A stretch of 64,000 nucleotides of DNA from a virus (taxonomy: Duplodnaviria; Caudoviricetes): IMG/VR virus record IMGVR_UViG_3300021964_009400; one strand, given 5' to 3'. Every line of letters starts with the position of its first letter. Positions within the stretch are counted from its first letter, which is position 1. The position numbers and the translations under genes were made by a program. The notes beneath the pieces were generated by a model. That model had not been told where the DNA came from, made no database searches, and was given only the letters and a program-made list of their open reading frames with translations. This document shows positions 20,401 to 29,621 of the stretch, in pieces.

Positions 20401-22653
20401 AACTTACCTTATCTATATAAACACAAAGGTACTAAGAGGGCAATTCATGCAGCATTATCGATATATGGAATTCCAAATTCTATGTTAACAATAATGGAAT
20501 TTGGTGGACCAAAAGATAACACCACTTCAAGATTAGTTAAATATACATACGATGATACAACATCTGCATTAAATATTTCTGGTTCTCAACAACTTATTAT
20601 TCCTTGGAAAGCATATACTGGTTCTTTGTATCCAAGTTCTGTTGAAGTAAGAGTTGAAACTAATACAAAACAATCTCAAACATTACTTTCAAGTAGTGGT
20701 TGGAGTTTAGATTTAAATTACATATCGGGTTCAGATGCAAAATTACAATTAAATGTATTATCTGGTTCAACTTACTATTCAGAATCAACAGACCAATTTC
20801 CTTATTTTAATCAAGATTATACACAGATAGTTGTAAATAAAACATCTGGTTCATCTACCACATTTGAAGTATTTGCAAAAGAAGGATTCCAAGAAAGAAT
20901 TAGAAATCAAGTAAGTGCATCACTTACACTTACAAATCATAGTTGGGATACCGGTACAGAATTATTAATTGGTGGTTTGGGTGTTAGTGGTAGTTCATTT
21001 ACTGGTTCAGTAGATGAAATTAGATTATGGAAAACTCCACTATCACAATCAAGAATTGATAATCATGCATTGAATGGAGATGCAATAGATGGTAACCATT
21101 CATCTTCCTCAACTGAAGATTTATTATTAAGAGTTGATTTTGAACATCCACGAAATTTAGATTCAACTGGTAGTAATTGGAGAAACACACTTGTTTCAGC
21201 ATCTATGGTTTCGGATGGATTAAGTTCATTATCAGGTTCATTAGAAAGTGTTTCCCCAATAACAACTTATGCAAACTTTATAACTGCATCTAATTTCCCA
21301 TCTGCTTCATATCCATATGGATTTACATTTTATGATAGAAAAAATACATCAAATGTACCAAGTGTTGGTTTAAGTGTTGGTGATAAAATTAGGTTTGAAA
21401 CACAAACTTTAGAATCAGATTTAAATTACAGAAGTAGAGCAACTAAAAAATCATATGACCAATCACCATTAGACTCGGATAAATTAGGATTATTCTTCTC
21501 ACCAGCAAAAGAATTAAATCTTGACATTGTAAAAACAATAGGAGATTTTAGTATAGATGATTTAATCGGTGACCCAAGTGATTATTATGAAGATAGTTAT
21601 TCATCATTAAATAATTTTAGAAATTACTATTTTAGTAGATATAATGTAAACTTCTCTGAATATATTCAATTAGTAAAGTATATTGATAAATCCTTATTTA
21701 AACTTTTAGAATCTCTTGTACCTGCAAGAGCCAAAGTTACAACTGGTTTATTGATAGAACCTCACATGCTAGAGAGAAGTAAAATTAAAAGAACAAAACC
21801 TACTGCAGAAAATAAACAATATGAAACTTCAATTGGTATTCAAGATAATTTAGTTGTAACATCATCAAAAGATGATTACTTAGTTGAACTTGATTTAAAA
21901 GAAGAAGTGTTCTTAAGTGGTTCAAAGGATTCATATGAAGTTGAAATACAAAATGTAGTAAGTAGTAGTTTGGTAGGAACAAACGATACCTACGAAAGCA
22001 TAATTTCAGCATCAGATAATTATGTTACTACTGGTGATATTACTAGAAACTCTGGTTCAGATATGGCAGGATTTGATATTACAATCGAAGCAACAATATC
22101 TCAATCAGTACAAGGTGAGTATGATTCAACTGCATATGAACAAATAGGAATGGAACCAGACTCATTAACAGTAGCTGGCTTTGGTTTATATGGTAGTGGT
22201 TCACATACAATTATTACAAAATTAGATAAAAACAATAACTTTGTTAGAGAAAGAGCTAAAGTATTTTTAATTAAAGAATCATATACAGTTAATGTACCAA
22301 AATTATTAAATTCAGCATCTTTATATACAGAATTGGAAACAGTAACTAAGTTTAGACATAAAGTAAATATTTTACCATTTACTGGCTCTGATGGAAATGA
22401 AACATCTGGCTCAGTTGTAGGTGGTAATATTGTAGAGGTAACTCCATTAAATGGTGCATTTCCAACACATTATATAACCACTGGTGATTTAACAACTGGT
22501 CTAGAAAATTCATTCTTTAATGGTTCAAAACAAACTGCAGCAACTACATTAGATGGTAGTTCACCAGTTCAATCATTTACTACAAACCCAAATACATTAA
22601 AAGTTTCTGATAGTGGTAGAGGTAGTGGAGAGCCAATTTTAGAGGTAGAATAG
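17437..22653 (+). CDS. large baseplate wedge/tail protein (gp7-like) with LamG-like domain
   Basis: NNLPYLYKHKGTKRAIHAALSIYG resembles the P2 gpI/gp7-type motif; FTGSVDEIRLW is LamG-like. Confidence 0.65.
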   Translation: MADNNETLLSTNSTSGTTPKKIVDNIAVFDTSGVGTTILTNNLVPKAGQLPINNLNINNLVLPINKGCMDRSALNYNPLATVADNTSCIYSTNIENPLSLSPNLTVVVKSNRESQIIIDGNDSQQRTTATFNYSAKELLSGKTFTVRASENFKSNDTYKIAAVQKSFLKNLKPIVPVENFEIELNERRLNDLETLRPLEIGSVKYSYYEFQVLKNGKPFKTFELDYRNLLENRLVELSFNLESDGIRIDPSSVGTNVLITSNVSSNDIIRYKTSTGQSDFLLTDDEVELQLSRNSSDTPLFIEFFGVGIDDTTHTVTYTFDTPNNRAKKVVTNIDYKIELQEGTTNIIVDAIKIPRVKPPSIPLLNVSSNQFKYNINDKNPLKIVYKTVNADIVEYSLGKLKREIGPNGSITLSSNDFSNGVGSYTLYLQPINKAGVGDIEKVSIIVESKEYLPGPDITNINYPQSIKGADFKEFNVPFDISWQSINTDYIRVYAGKYNPQAEKDFFLGQFSKTGNARFTVEDVLRAAKRQFDEDDNILQFQLFLIPFNAQGDELTSGKVEKITITFDKGDLTLRRGDVIGDIRKAFEYCFDYSTFDESTSTLLTHYLHLGEGDNKLISTYGIDTETFSEYEFINDTNERKKIKESKSIVLKLYEPLDGAIDVNDKIWISKIQSIPLIDQITIIDDVTTNCIPLTPNLSLELNDDIGYQIYDELVASGSTSSESVIQEFVSGSGFSLDTLQLEYTSGSAIQWGNFVKYSSAKERVANFYYKIKLLESYRSKHELLATATGSAGSVSSQNEQKRILGKISEIKQNFDAFEKHLYTVSGSLQYPKSGSVVGDIKLTNTGSLLNPTGSDAINWYNDTYATASLYDRNNTERLVNNLPIHIQEDDKGQEFVLFFDMIGQHFDILYHYINRLSKSKKAENKFKDGIISDLMYEMLSSLGWDADLGISSETLWEYAFGEHSDGTQVSTMSGKDRQQETWRRILNNLPYLYKHKGTKRAIHAALSIYGIPNSMLTIMEFGGPKDNTTSRLVKYTYDDTTSALNISGSQQLIIPWKAYTGSLYPSSVEVRVETNTKQSQTLLSSSGWSLDLNYISGSDAKLQLNVLSGSTYYSESTDQFPYFNQDYTQIVVNKTSGSSTTFEVFAKEGFQERIRNQVSASLTLTNHSWDTGTELLIGGLGVSGSSFTGSVDEIRLWKTPLSQSRIDNHALNGDAIDGNHSSSSTEDLLLRVDFEHPRNLDSTGSNWRNTLVSASMVSDGLSSLSGSLESVSPITTYANFITASNFPSASYPYGFTFYDRKNTSNVPSVGLSVGDKIRFETQTLESDLNYRSRATKKSYDQSPLDSDKLGLFFSPAKELNLDIVKTIGDFSIDDLIGDPSDYYEDSYSSLNNFRNYYFSRYNVNFSEYIQLVKYIDKSLFKLLESLVPARAKVTTGLLIEPHMLERSKIKRTKPTAENKQYETSIGIQDNLVVTSSKDDYLVELDLKEEVFLSGSKDSYEVEIQNVVSSSLVGTNDTYESIISASDNYVTTGDITRNSGSDMAGFDITIEATISQSVQGEYDSTAYEQIGMEPDSLTVAGFGLYGSGSHTIITKLDKNNNFVRERAKVFLIKESYTVNVPKLLNSASLYTELETVTKFRHKVNILPFTGSDGNETSGSVVGGNIVEVTPLNGAFPTHYITTGDLTTGLENSFFNGSKQTAATTLDGSSPVQSFTTNPNTLKVSDSGRGSGEPILEVE

Positions 22654-22728
22654 TATTTATAGGTAATAAAAATTATTAAAAATATAAATCGTTATATTTA
22701 TATATTGTAACATAATAGGGAAAAAACT

Positions 22729-23352
22729 ATGGCATATTTAGATAATACAGAAATAACAGTAGATGCAATTCTTACTAAAAAAGGTAGAGAGAAACTTGCA
22801 TCGGGTGAAGGTCTTAATATCACCAAGTTCGCTTTAGGTGATGATGAGATTGATTACACATTATACGAACCGGCACACCCAAAAGGTTCAGCATACTATG
22901 ATGCAGCAATTAAAGCAATACCAATAACTGAAGCATCGCCAGATGAAACGCAAATTTTAAGATATAAATTAGTTACTCTTCCAAAGGGTACTACAAAAAT
23001 TCCAAAGGTAGAATTTGGTGTACCATCTATTTCTGTAAATCAGAATTCAGGTCAAGTTTCCCTTACACCAACTACATCACCAAGTGGAAATACACAAAGT
23101 GGATATACCGTAGTTTTATCAAATAAAAATGCAGGTAGTATTGTTGGAGCAGGTTTATCGGGTGTTGCAAGTTCAGTACCAACATTCTTAGGAGATGAAA
23201 TAACTGCAACAGCAGCAATAGAGACAGGATTAACATTTACATTTATACCTAATCCAAATATAACTGCTACAATTGCAACAACAATTACAGTATATGGTAA
23301 TGAAACTGGAGGTTCAGCAACGATACCAGTAACAATAACATATGTATCATAA
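22729..23352 (+). CDS. virion structural protein (baseplate/tail)
   Basis: DAILTKKGRE.LA.G...ITKFALGDDEIDY; lies in the tail operon. Confidence 0.6.
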   Translation: MAYLDNTEITVDAILTKKGREKLASGEGLNITKFALGDDEIDYTLYEPAHPKGSAYYDAAIKAIPITEASPDETQILRYKLVTLPKGTTKIPKVEFGVPSISVNQNSGQVSLTPTTSPSGNTQSGYTVVLSNKNAGSIVGAGLSGVASSVPTFLGDEITATAAIETGLTFTFIPNPNITATIATTITVYGNETGGSATIPVTITYVS

Positions 23353-23372
23353 TTTAAAGAGGAAATAATAAA

Positions 23373-24602
23373 ATGGCACAAATACAAGGACAAGCAGGAG
23401 TAAATTTGACACAAGAGTTGGCAAATTATTTAGATGCCAGTGGTGGTAGTCTTACTTCAGAACAATTATCAACGATTATCAACCAATATCTTTCAGGTGG
23501 TGATAAACTAGGTGCAACTGGTGGTTCAATTTCAAATGGTATATATAAAAGATTTGGAGAATTTGACCAAGTAAGTGGAAAAGTACAAGTTGTAACTACT
23601 GGTCTTTGGAGTGGAGATACTGGTTCCTTAACTACATTTTTTACTTCATCTACACAAGCTTCAGCAAATAGTTCAAATTATTATGTAAATGTATATGATA
23701 CTGCAGCTAATGATAATGTACAATTTGCAGTTGCATATGGACATAAATTTGGTAGTGGTTCAGTATCACTTGCAAATGATGATACATCTACTTTAGCAAC
23801 TAAAGCAACTTACGCACAATATAAATCAATTCTTTTAGACCAAGATGATACTAAATTTGTAGTTCCTAACATTTCTGGTTCAACTCAAGAAATAGATGAT
23901 ATCTTTGTTATTAACTTATCAAGAGCAAGATACAAAGAGAAAATGGATGCAGGAAACTGGTCATTAACATTAAATGGAGAAAGTGGTTCATTTACATTCA
24001 TTGATGATAGTGGAAAGAAATTTTCAGATACAGTTGGAAAAGCAGGTAGAGTATTTGATGTAGTAAAGGGTTCACTAAACTTAGGTTCAGAAAACGAAGC
24101 AACAATTGAATCAAAATATGCAAGTGGTTCCGATGCACAAGGACAAGGATTTGGTAAATTTTATCCAGACCAAGGAATTATAATTCTCAACCCAAAGGCT
24201 ATTCAAGATGAACTAAAAACATTTCCAAGAAATGCAGCAGGTGCAGTATCACAATCGTTATCATATGGAATTGCATCAGAAGCAAAAAATCATTTCTTAT
24301 TAGAAAGTGCAATTTCAGGTGGAGGAGATTTTGAAGCAAGAAGAACAGAAAATGTTTCTACATCACACTATTTTGTAAGAGCAACGAATAGAGAATTTAA
24401 CTTCTCAAATAACCCAACATTTGTAAGTGGTTCAGATAATTCATTTGCTGAATCATCTTTTGAAAAAGACCCAAAAACATTTATTACAACTATTGGATTA
24501 TATAGTGATTCAAACGAAATATTAGCAGTGGCTAAAACATCACAACCAATCGCTAAATCATTTGATAAAGAAGTATTAATCAAAGTAAAACTTGATTTCT
24601 AA
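23373..24602 (+). CDS. baseplate/tail-collar-like structural protein
   Basis: C-terminal FITTIGLYSDSNEILAVAKTSQPIAK; shares this C-terminus with the 24683 gene. Confidence 0.6.
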   Translation: MAQIQGQAGVNLTQELANYLDASGGSLTSEQLSTIINQYLSGGDKLGATGGSISNGIYKRFGEFDQVSGKVQVVTTGLWSGDTGSLTTFFTSSTQASANSSNYYVNVYDTAANDNVQFAVAYGHKFGSGSVSLANDDTSTLATKATYAQYKSILLDQDDTKFVVPNISGSTQEIDDIFVINLSRARYKEKMDAGNWSLTLNGESGSFTFIDDSGKKFSDTVGKAGRVFDVVKGSLNLGSENEATIESKYASGSDAQGQGFGKFYPDQGIIILNPKAIQDELKTFPRNAAGAVSQSLSYGIASEAKNHFLLESAISGGGDFEARRTENVSTSHYFVRATNREFNFSNNPTFVSGSDNSFAESSFEKDPKTFITTIGLYSDSNEILAVAKTSQPIAKSFDKEVLIKVKLDF

Positions 24603-24622
24603 AATTATTAAACTTTAATAAG

Positions 24623-24647
24623 AACCCCACTTCGAGTGGGGTTTTTT
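24623..24647 (+). terminator. Rho-independent terminator
   Basis: AACCCCAC-TTCGA-GTGGGGTT plus T-tract; same stem as the terminator at 5687. Confidence 0.9.
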
Positions 24648-24682
24648 GTTTTAATATATTTATATAGAGGAGCAATACTATC

Positions 24683-25822
24683 ATGTTAAAACCAATACCT
24701 AAATCGAGTATAAATCAAAGAACTTTTAAAGTTCACAAAAAGTTTATACAAACAGATGCAACTAATCCAATTTATATTGGTGCTTTATCTAGTGGTAGTG
24801 CATACGATTCTGGTTCAGAGGCAACTACAAATGGTGTTTCTAATCATTCTTTATATGCATCTATAAAATCTAAATATTATAGAAATGATGGTAATATATT
24901 TACCACCTATGGTAATTATGGTAATTTAGGACAAATTTCACAAGAAAGAATTATTGGTGGTCAAATTAGAGTTATTACAATTCCACAAAATAAAAAAGGA
25001 TTAGGAATTAAAAAAGGTAGTGTACTTTTAACAGATATAGATACATCAACTGTTTACAGAGATACTGGTGAAGGAAATATAGCATCTCTAACACCACGAT
25101 ACACCTTAACAGAACTTGATTTTAATACTGGTGTTATAACAATTACTGATGCAGATGACCAGAATTTTACTGGTACCATAACAAGTATCGATTTTAATAC
25201 AGGTAACTCAGTATTAACATTTGGAGTAGAAACCAAAGATGTTACAATTACTCAACTTGATTTTAATACAGGTATTTTATTGACAGCTGAACCTTTAGAT
25301 TTTGATGGTTTGGATATCGATGAGGCAAGATATGGAAATATATTTTATTCAGATGGATTAATAGTTTTATCAGATGTTACAAGTTTAGTTTCATATAGTT
25401 TAGAGTATCGTTCAACTGAAACAATAACAGAACAAGAAGTTTTACTTACTGCAAAAGCAGGAGAGTTTAACTATTCTCAAAACCCATCGGCAGTTGAATC
25501 ACAATTAAGTGGTTCATATGATTTTACAACTACTGCAATACCAAATGTTTCTTCGGCAAGAACAAGAAAAATAAAAGAGTATAGTGATATAAAACGAAGA
25601 GAATTTTTCTCTGGTTCTTTTAACTCAACAATAAGTGGTAGTTGGGATGATTATTATGCATCTGCATCAGTAGATACAACTGGTTCATATTTATCAACAT
25701 ATATTAGTACAATTGGATTATATGATAAAAGTGGAGATATGGTAGCCGTTGCTAAACTACCAAAACCAATAAAGAATTTACCAGACTACGATGTAAATTT
25801 TATAGTAAGATTTGATGTATAA
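24683..25822 (+). CDS. baseplate/tail-collar-like structural protein with TxLDFNTG repeats
   Basis: C-terminal YISTIGLYDKSGDMVAVAKLPKPIK; three ELDFNTG/SIDFNTG/QLDFNTG repeats. Confidence 0.6.
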   Translation: MLKPIPKSSINQRTFKVHKKFIQTDATNPIYIGALSSGSAYDSGSEATTNGVSNHSLYASIKSKYYRNDGNIFTTYGNYGNLGQISQERIIGGQIRVITIPQNKKGLGIKKGSVLLTDIDTSTVYRDTGEGNIASLTPRYTLTELDFNTGVITITDADDQNFTGTITSIDFNTGNSVLTFGVETKDVTITQLDFNTGILLTAEPLDFDGLDIDEARYGNIFYSDGLIVLSDVTSLVSYSLEYRSTETITEQEVLLTAKAGEFNYSQNPSAVESQLSGSYDFTTTAIPNVSSARTRKIKEYSDIKRREFFSGSFNSTISGSWDDYYASASVDTTGSYLSTYISTIGLYDKSGDMVAVAKLPKPIKNLPDYDVNFIVRFDV

Positions 25823-25862
25823 CTAAAATTTGTTATATTTATATAAAAACAAAGATAATATT

Positions 25863-26081
25863 ATGGCTTATCAAATTTTAAAAGTGAATAAAGAAGTAGT
25901 AGAAGATAACCTAGAGTTAACTGATGAACAAATACAAGAGTATTTTGCATCAGAAGAATTCAATTACTTTATTTATGATAGTTACGAAGATGATACAGAT
26001 ATCTTTTCTGCACTTTTAGAAGAAAAAGGTGAAGCAGGTTGTGAAGATATTAGAATAATAAAACCAATAATAGAGGAGTAA
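25863..26081 (+). CDS. small acidic protein
   Basis: ATG 19 nt after a TATTTATA motif (track start 25830 is TTG); 21 D/E in 72 aa. Confidence 0.6.
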   Translation: MAYQILKVNKEVVEDNLELTDEQIQEYFASEEFNYFIYDSYEDDTDIFSALLEEKGEAGCEDIRIIKPIIEE

Positions 26082-26086
26082 AAATT

Positions 26087-26290
26087 ATGGCATTACAATA
26101 TAATATTTGTGATATTGATGGAAACATTATAGATGAAAATGTTTCAATTGATATAATCAACGAAAAACTTGAAGGAGATGTAAATATATTTTGGGACGAT
26201 GAAGGATTAGTTGAAAGACTAAAAGAAGGAGACGAAGATGTTTCAGAACATTTACTTATTAAAACAATAGAAATAGACGAAGAGGAATAA
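26087..26290 (+). CDS. small acidic protein
   Basis: 22 D/E versus 4 K/R in 67 aa; GAGGAG upstream. Confidence 0.6.
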   Translation: MALQYNICDIDGNIIDENVSIDIINEKLEGDVNIFWDDEGLVERLKEGDEDVSEHLLIKTIEIDEEE

Positions 26291-26293
26291 GAT

Positions 26294-26482
26294 ATGGCTT
26301 CACTTGAAGAATTATATAATAAATCTGAGTTTTCTAAATTAGGAAAATCTAACAAAGATAAAACACCTTTATCAGCTGGCGATTACGAAGTTTCTGGTTT
26401 GCAAAAAAATGAAAAGCAACTTAACAAAGCCAGAGGTGGAAAGCTTAATTTAAAGAAATATTCTGATTCTGTAAAACTATAA
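26294..26482 (+). CDS. small basic protein
   Basis: 62-aa ORF ending KARGGKLNLKKYSDSV. Confidence 0.55.
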   Translation: MASLEELYNKSEFSKLGKSNKDKTPLSAGDYEVSGLQKNEKQLNKARGGKLNLKKYSDSVKL

Positions 26483-26492
26483 ATTCTCTAAT

Positions 26493-27074
26493 TTGAGTTT
26501 ACTTATAAACCATTACTCAAAATGGGCATTCGTTCATATACCAAAAACTGGTGGAACATCATTAACAAACATTTTATTAAAAGATAAAAATACCGAACAA
26601 GTTTCGGTGCACGATTCTTTAAGAATGTTAGATGCTGATTCCTCTTACTATATTTTTACAATAGTAAGAAATCCATTTACTCGAATATGTAGTGCTTTTG
26701 AAGATGAGTATAGAAAAGGAAATACCAAACACGATTTTAGCTTTTATCTAAAAAATATTGACGAAACAAATGTTTGGTTGTTACCTCAAAGTTACTTTAT
26801 TGAGGCGGGAAAAACAAAAAATAAAAAAGTTTCATTCATAGGAAGATATGAAAACTATGATACTGATTGTAATCAAATTTTACAAAAATTAAAATATTCA
26901 GAAAAAATTCCGCATCTTAACCGAAATCCAATATATGATAGACATCCAAATTTAAATCAAGAACAGTATTATAGTAAAATATATTACACAGAAGATTGGA
27001 TGATAGATTGGGTAAAAGAAAGGTACGAAAATGATTTTAAAATTCTTAACTATGGCATGGAATTACCAAGGTAG
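26493..27074 (+). CDS. sulfotransferase (Sulfotransfer_2-like)
   Basis: PAPS-binding motifs FVHIPKTGGTS and FTIVRNPFTR..S. Confidence 0.85.
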   Translation: MSLLINHYSKWAFVHIPKTGGTSLTNILLKDKNTEQVSVHDSLRMLDADSSYYIFTIVRNPFTRICSAFEDEYRKGNTKHDFSFYLKNIDETNVWLLPQSYFIEAGKTKNKKVSFIGRYENYDTDCNQILQKLKYSEKIPHLNRNPIYDRHPNLNQEQYYSKIYYTEDWMIDWVKERYENDFKILNYGMELPR

Positions 27075-27498
27075 AACAATAACAGAAATTTCTGATATGC
27101 CCGAGGGGACTATCGGATTTATATACAAAATAACAAATCACCAAACAGGTCAATACTATATAGGGAAAAAATCTTTATATGCAAAAAGAACACTACCACC
27201 ACTAAAAGGGTATAAAAGAAAACGAAAGGTAATCAAAGAATCCAAATGGATAGATTATCGTTCTTCAAATCCATCAGTACAATTATGGTTTCATGAACAC
27301 GAGGCTGCAAAATTAGATGGTAATCGAGATAAAATAAATGATAGTTTGGAGTTAAAAATACTTAGATTTTGTAAAACACCAAAATCATTAACTTATTATG
27401 AAGTAGAAGAATTGTTTCAAAATAAGGTTTTAGAAGATAAATTATCGTTAAATGATAATATATTAGGCAAATTTTTTAGAAAAGATTTGGATATTTAA
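27052..27498 (+). CDS. GIY-YIG nuclease-like protein
   Basis: GFIYKITNHQTGQYYIGKK; conserved Glu in YYEVE; LNDNI. Confidence 0.7.
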   Translation: MAWNYQGRTITEISDMPEGTIGFIYKITNHQTGQYYIGKKSLYAKRTLPPLKGYKRKRKVIKESKWIDYRSSNPSVQLWFHEHEAAKLDGNRDKINDSLELKILRFCKTPKSLTYYEVEELFQNKVLEDKLSLNDNILGKFFRKDLDI

Positions 27499-27517
27499 AT
27501 TATTTTTCGTATATTTG
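27486..27517 (+). promoter_or_regulatory. Bacteroidota-type sigma70 promoter (TTTG-N20-TATATTTG)
   Basis: Matches the -33 TTTG / -7 TAnnTTTG consensus; upstream of the primase gene. Confidence 0.7.
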
Positions 27518-27537
27518 TATAGTTTTAAGTAGTAACC

Positions 27538-28482
27538 ATGCTTTCACAACACGATAAACAACAAGTTATAACAATATTAGATGAGGTATTGGGTGTAGGT
27601 ACATCCATGAAAGGAGATGAACAGGCTCACTATTGTCCTTTCTGTCATCATCATAAGAAAAAGTTACAAGTTAATTTGATAAATCAATATTGGCATTGTT
27701 GGGTTTGTGATGCAAAAGGAAGAAAGATACAGAGGTTATTAAAACGACTTCATGTAGATTCTCGCAAATTAAAGAAAATATATGAAATCTATGGAGATGA
27801 TTATGTAGTTTATTCTAAAGATACCGAAGATGAAAAGGTAGAATTGAGGTTACCTAACGAGTTTCAGTCACTTTTAAAGATACCAAAGGGTAAAGTTAAC
27901 CCTTTATATAGAAAGGCATTAAAATATGCAGACGAACGAGGAATTACTAAAGAAGATATTAGAAGATATAATATCGGTTATTGTGATTCTGGTCATTATG
28001 CCAATCGTATTATTATTCCTTCTTATGATAGAGATAACAGACTCAATTACTTCATCGCGAGGTCTGTATTTAGTGAGGAGAAATTTAAATACAAAAATCC
28101 ACCAGTTTCGAAAAATGTTATCATGTTCGAAAACCAAATAAATTGGAATGAACCAATAACATTAGTAGAAGGTGTATTTGATGCATTGACAGTTAAACGA
28201 AACGCAATACCAATACTAGGAAAATTCATACCAAAAAAATTATCCGATGCGATACTTAAAAATGGAGTAAGTAGTATTAATATTTTATTAGATGAAGACG
28301 CACAACAAGAAGCATTAAGATATACTATGCAATTTAGTAATCAAGGCATTAGTACAAAAAACATAATTCCATCAGATAAAGATGCATCTGAAATGGGTTT
28401 TAAAGAAGTAAACGAAAAACTAAAACAAACAAAAGAGACTGGTTTTGAAGATATCATATTACAAAAATTAAAAGGATTATGA
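27538..28482 (+). CDS. DNA primase (Zn-finger + TOPRIM)
   Basis: CPFC..H...CWVC zinc finger; RIIIP; LVEGVFDA; LLDEDA. Confidence 0.9.
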   Translation: MLSQHDKQQVITILDEVLGVGTSMKGDEQAHYCPFCHHHKKKLQVNLINQYWHCWVCDAKGRKIQRLLKRLHVDSRKLKKIYEIYGDDYVVYSKDTEDEKVELRLPNEFQSLLKIPKGKVNPLYRKALKYADERGITKEDIRRYNIGYCDSGHYANRIIIPSYDRDNRLNYFIARSVFSEEKFKYKNPPVSKNVIMFENQINWNEPITLVEGVFDALTVKRNAIPILGKFIPKKLSDAILKNGVSSINILLDEDAQQEALRYTMQFSNQGISTKNIIPSDKDASEMGFKEVNEKLKQTKETGFEDIILQKLKGL

Positions 28483-29621
28483 TTCATGTAATACCACATC
28501 ATATTGGAAAAGGTTCATACGCTGCATGGTATGATGTTATAGATTTTGAAACAGAAACTCAAGAAGTTAAATTTCATAAGTTTGATAATAGTGTTTCTAT
28601 TGAAGATAAATACATTTTTGAAGAACAACCACCAAACAATGATTATTTTAAATTATTAGAATCACATATACAAGAAATAAAACCAAAACCAAATGATTGG
28701 ATTGTTTGTGATTTTCAATATTTAAATTACCAAGAACAACCTGATAATGAAATAATTAAATTAGCAGAAAAATATAAAGTTAAATTTGTTTTCATAGATG
28801 ATGATAATTATCAATGTTTTATGGATACTAAATATTTTACATTTCACTCTAATAAATTTTATTTAAAGGATTCAACAAAGGTTTTCAACTATTACAGATA
28901 TAGAATACCACACACAGATTTTTATAAAAATCTTGATACTATTCACATTCCATTTTTTGATAACATAAGAGAAAAAAAATTAAATATGTTTGTTGGTGTG
29001 GATAAAAAAGAAAGATTTGAAGTATTTAAGCATATACATAATATAGGTTTAGATAAGGATTCATATCTTGCATATAGTGCATTTACAAGCAATTATTCAG
29101 ATGATGAGTTATCTTCGGATTTATTAAAATGGAAAAAACAATATATACCAAAAATATTAGATACACCACTTAAAAAAAGCTCTCATGGTGGAGTAAATCC
29201 AGACATACCACCATTACCATATTGTATGAATAGTTATGTTTCTTGTATATTAGAAACACAACTAATGATTGATACTGATAATATAGAAATACACTTAAGT
29301 GAAAAAAGTTGGAATCCTTTTGCATCATTTAATATACCACTTTATCTATGTGCACATGGAACTCGTAGATATTTAAAAAGACATGGATTTTGGTTGGCAT
29401 CTGATTTATTTGATACAACTGAAAAAAACTCAAGAAGAGAAATAATTGAACAATTTAAATCTAATTTAGATATTATAAATAAAATGTCTAAGGAAGAACT
29501 ACGAAAATATTATACAAATAATTGGAATAAAATCCAAAACAATTATAATAAGTTGATGAAACAAAAATTTACATTTAGTAAAAAAAATTATATTCAACCA
29601 AAATATAAAACAATTTTATGA
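28479..29621 (+). CDS. putative glycosyltransferase (GT10-like paralogue 1 of 4)
   Basis: YVSCILET...HLSEKSWNP; similar to the genes at 49932, 53512 and 57181. Confidence 0.5.
   Translation: MIHVIPHHIGKGSYAAWYDVIDFETETQEVKFHKFDNSVSIEDKYIFEEQPPNNDYFKLLESHIQEIKPKPNDWIVCDFQYLNYQEQPDNEIIKLAEKYKVKFVFIDDDNYQCFMDTKYFTFHSNKFYLKDSTKVFNYYRYRIPHTDFYKNLDTIHIPFFDNIREKKLNMFVGVDKKERFEVFKHIHNIGLDKDSYLAYSAFTSNYSDDELSSDLLKWKKQYIPKILDTPLKKSSHGGVNPDIPPLPYCMNSYVSCILETQLMIDTDNIEIHLSEKSWNPFASFNIPLYLCAHGTRRYLKRHGFWLASDLFDTTEKNSRREIIEQFKSNLDIINKMSKEELRKYYTNNWNKIQNNYNKLMKQKFTFSKKNYIQPKYKTIL

Noticed and set aside
24623-24647. TTCGA motif as a tRNA T-loop
   Set aside because: It is the loop of a terminator hairpin with no cloverleaf. 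I found no tRNA genes by eye.
27052-27498. GIY-YIG gene as a mobile homing endonuclease or intron
   Set aside because: It is short, has no C-terminal DNA-binding repeats, does not interrupt a gene and has no intron-like flanks.
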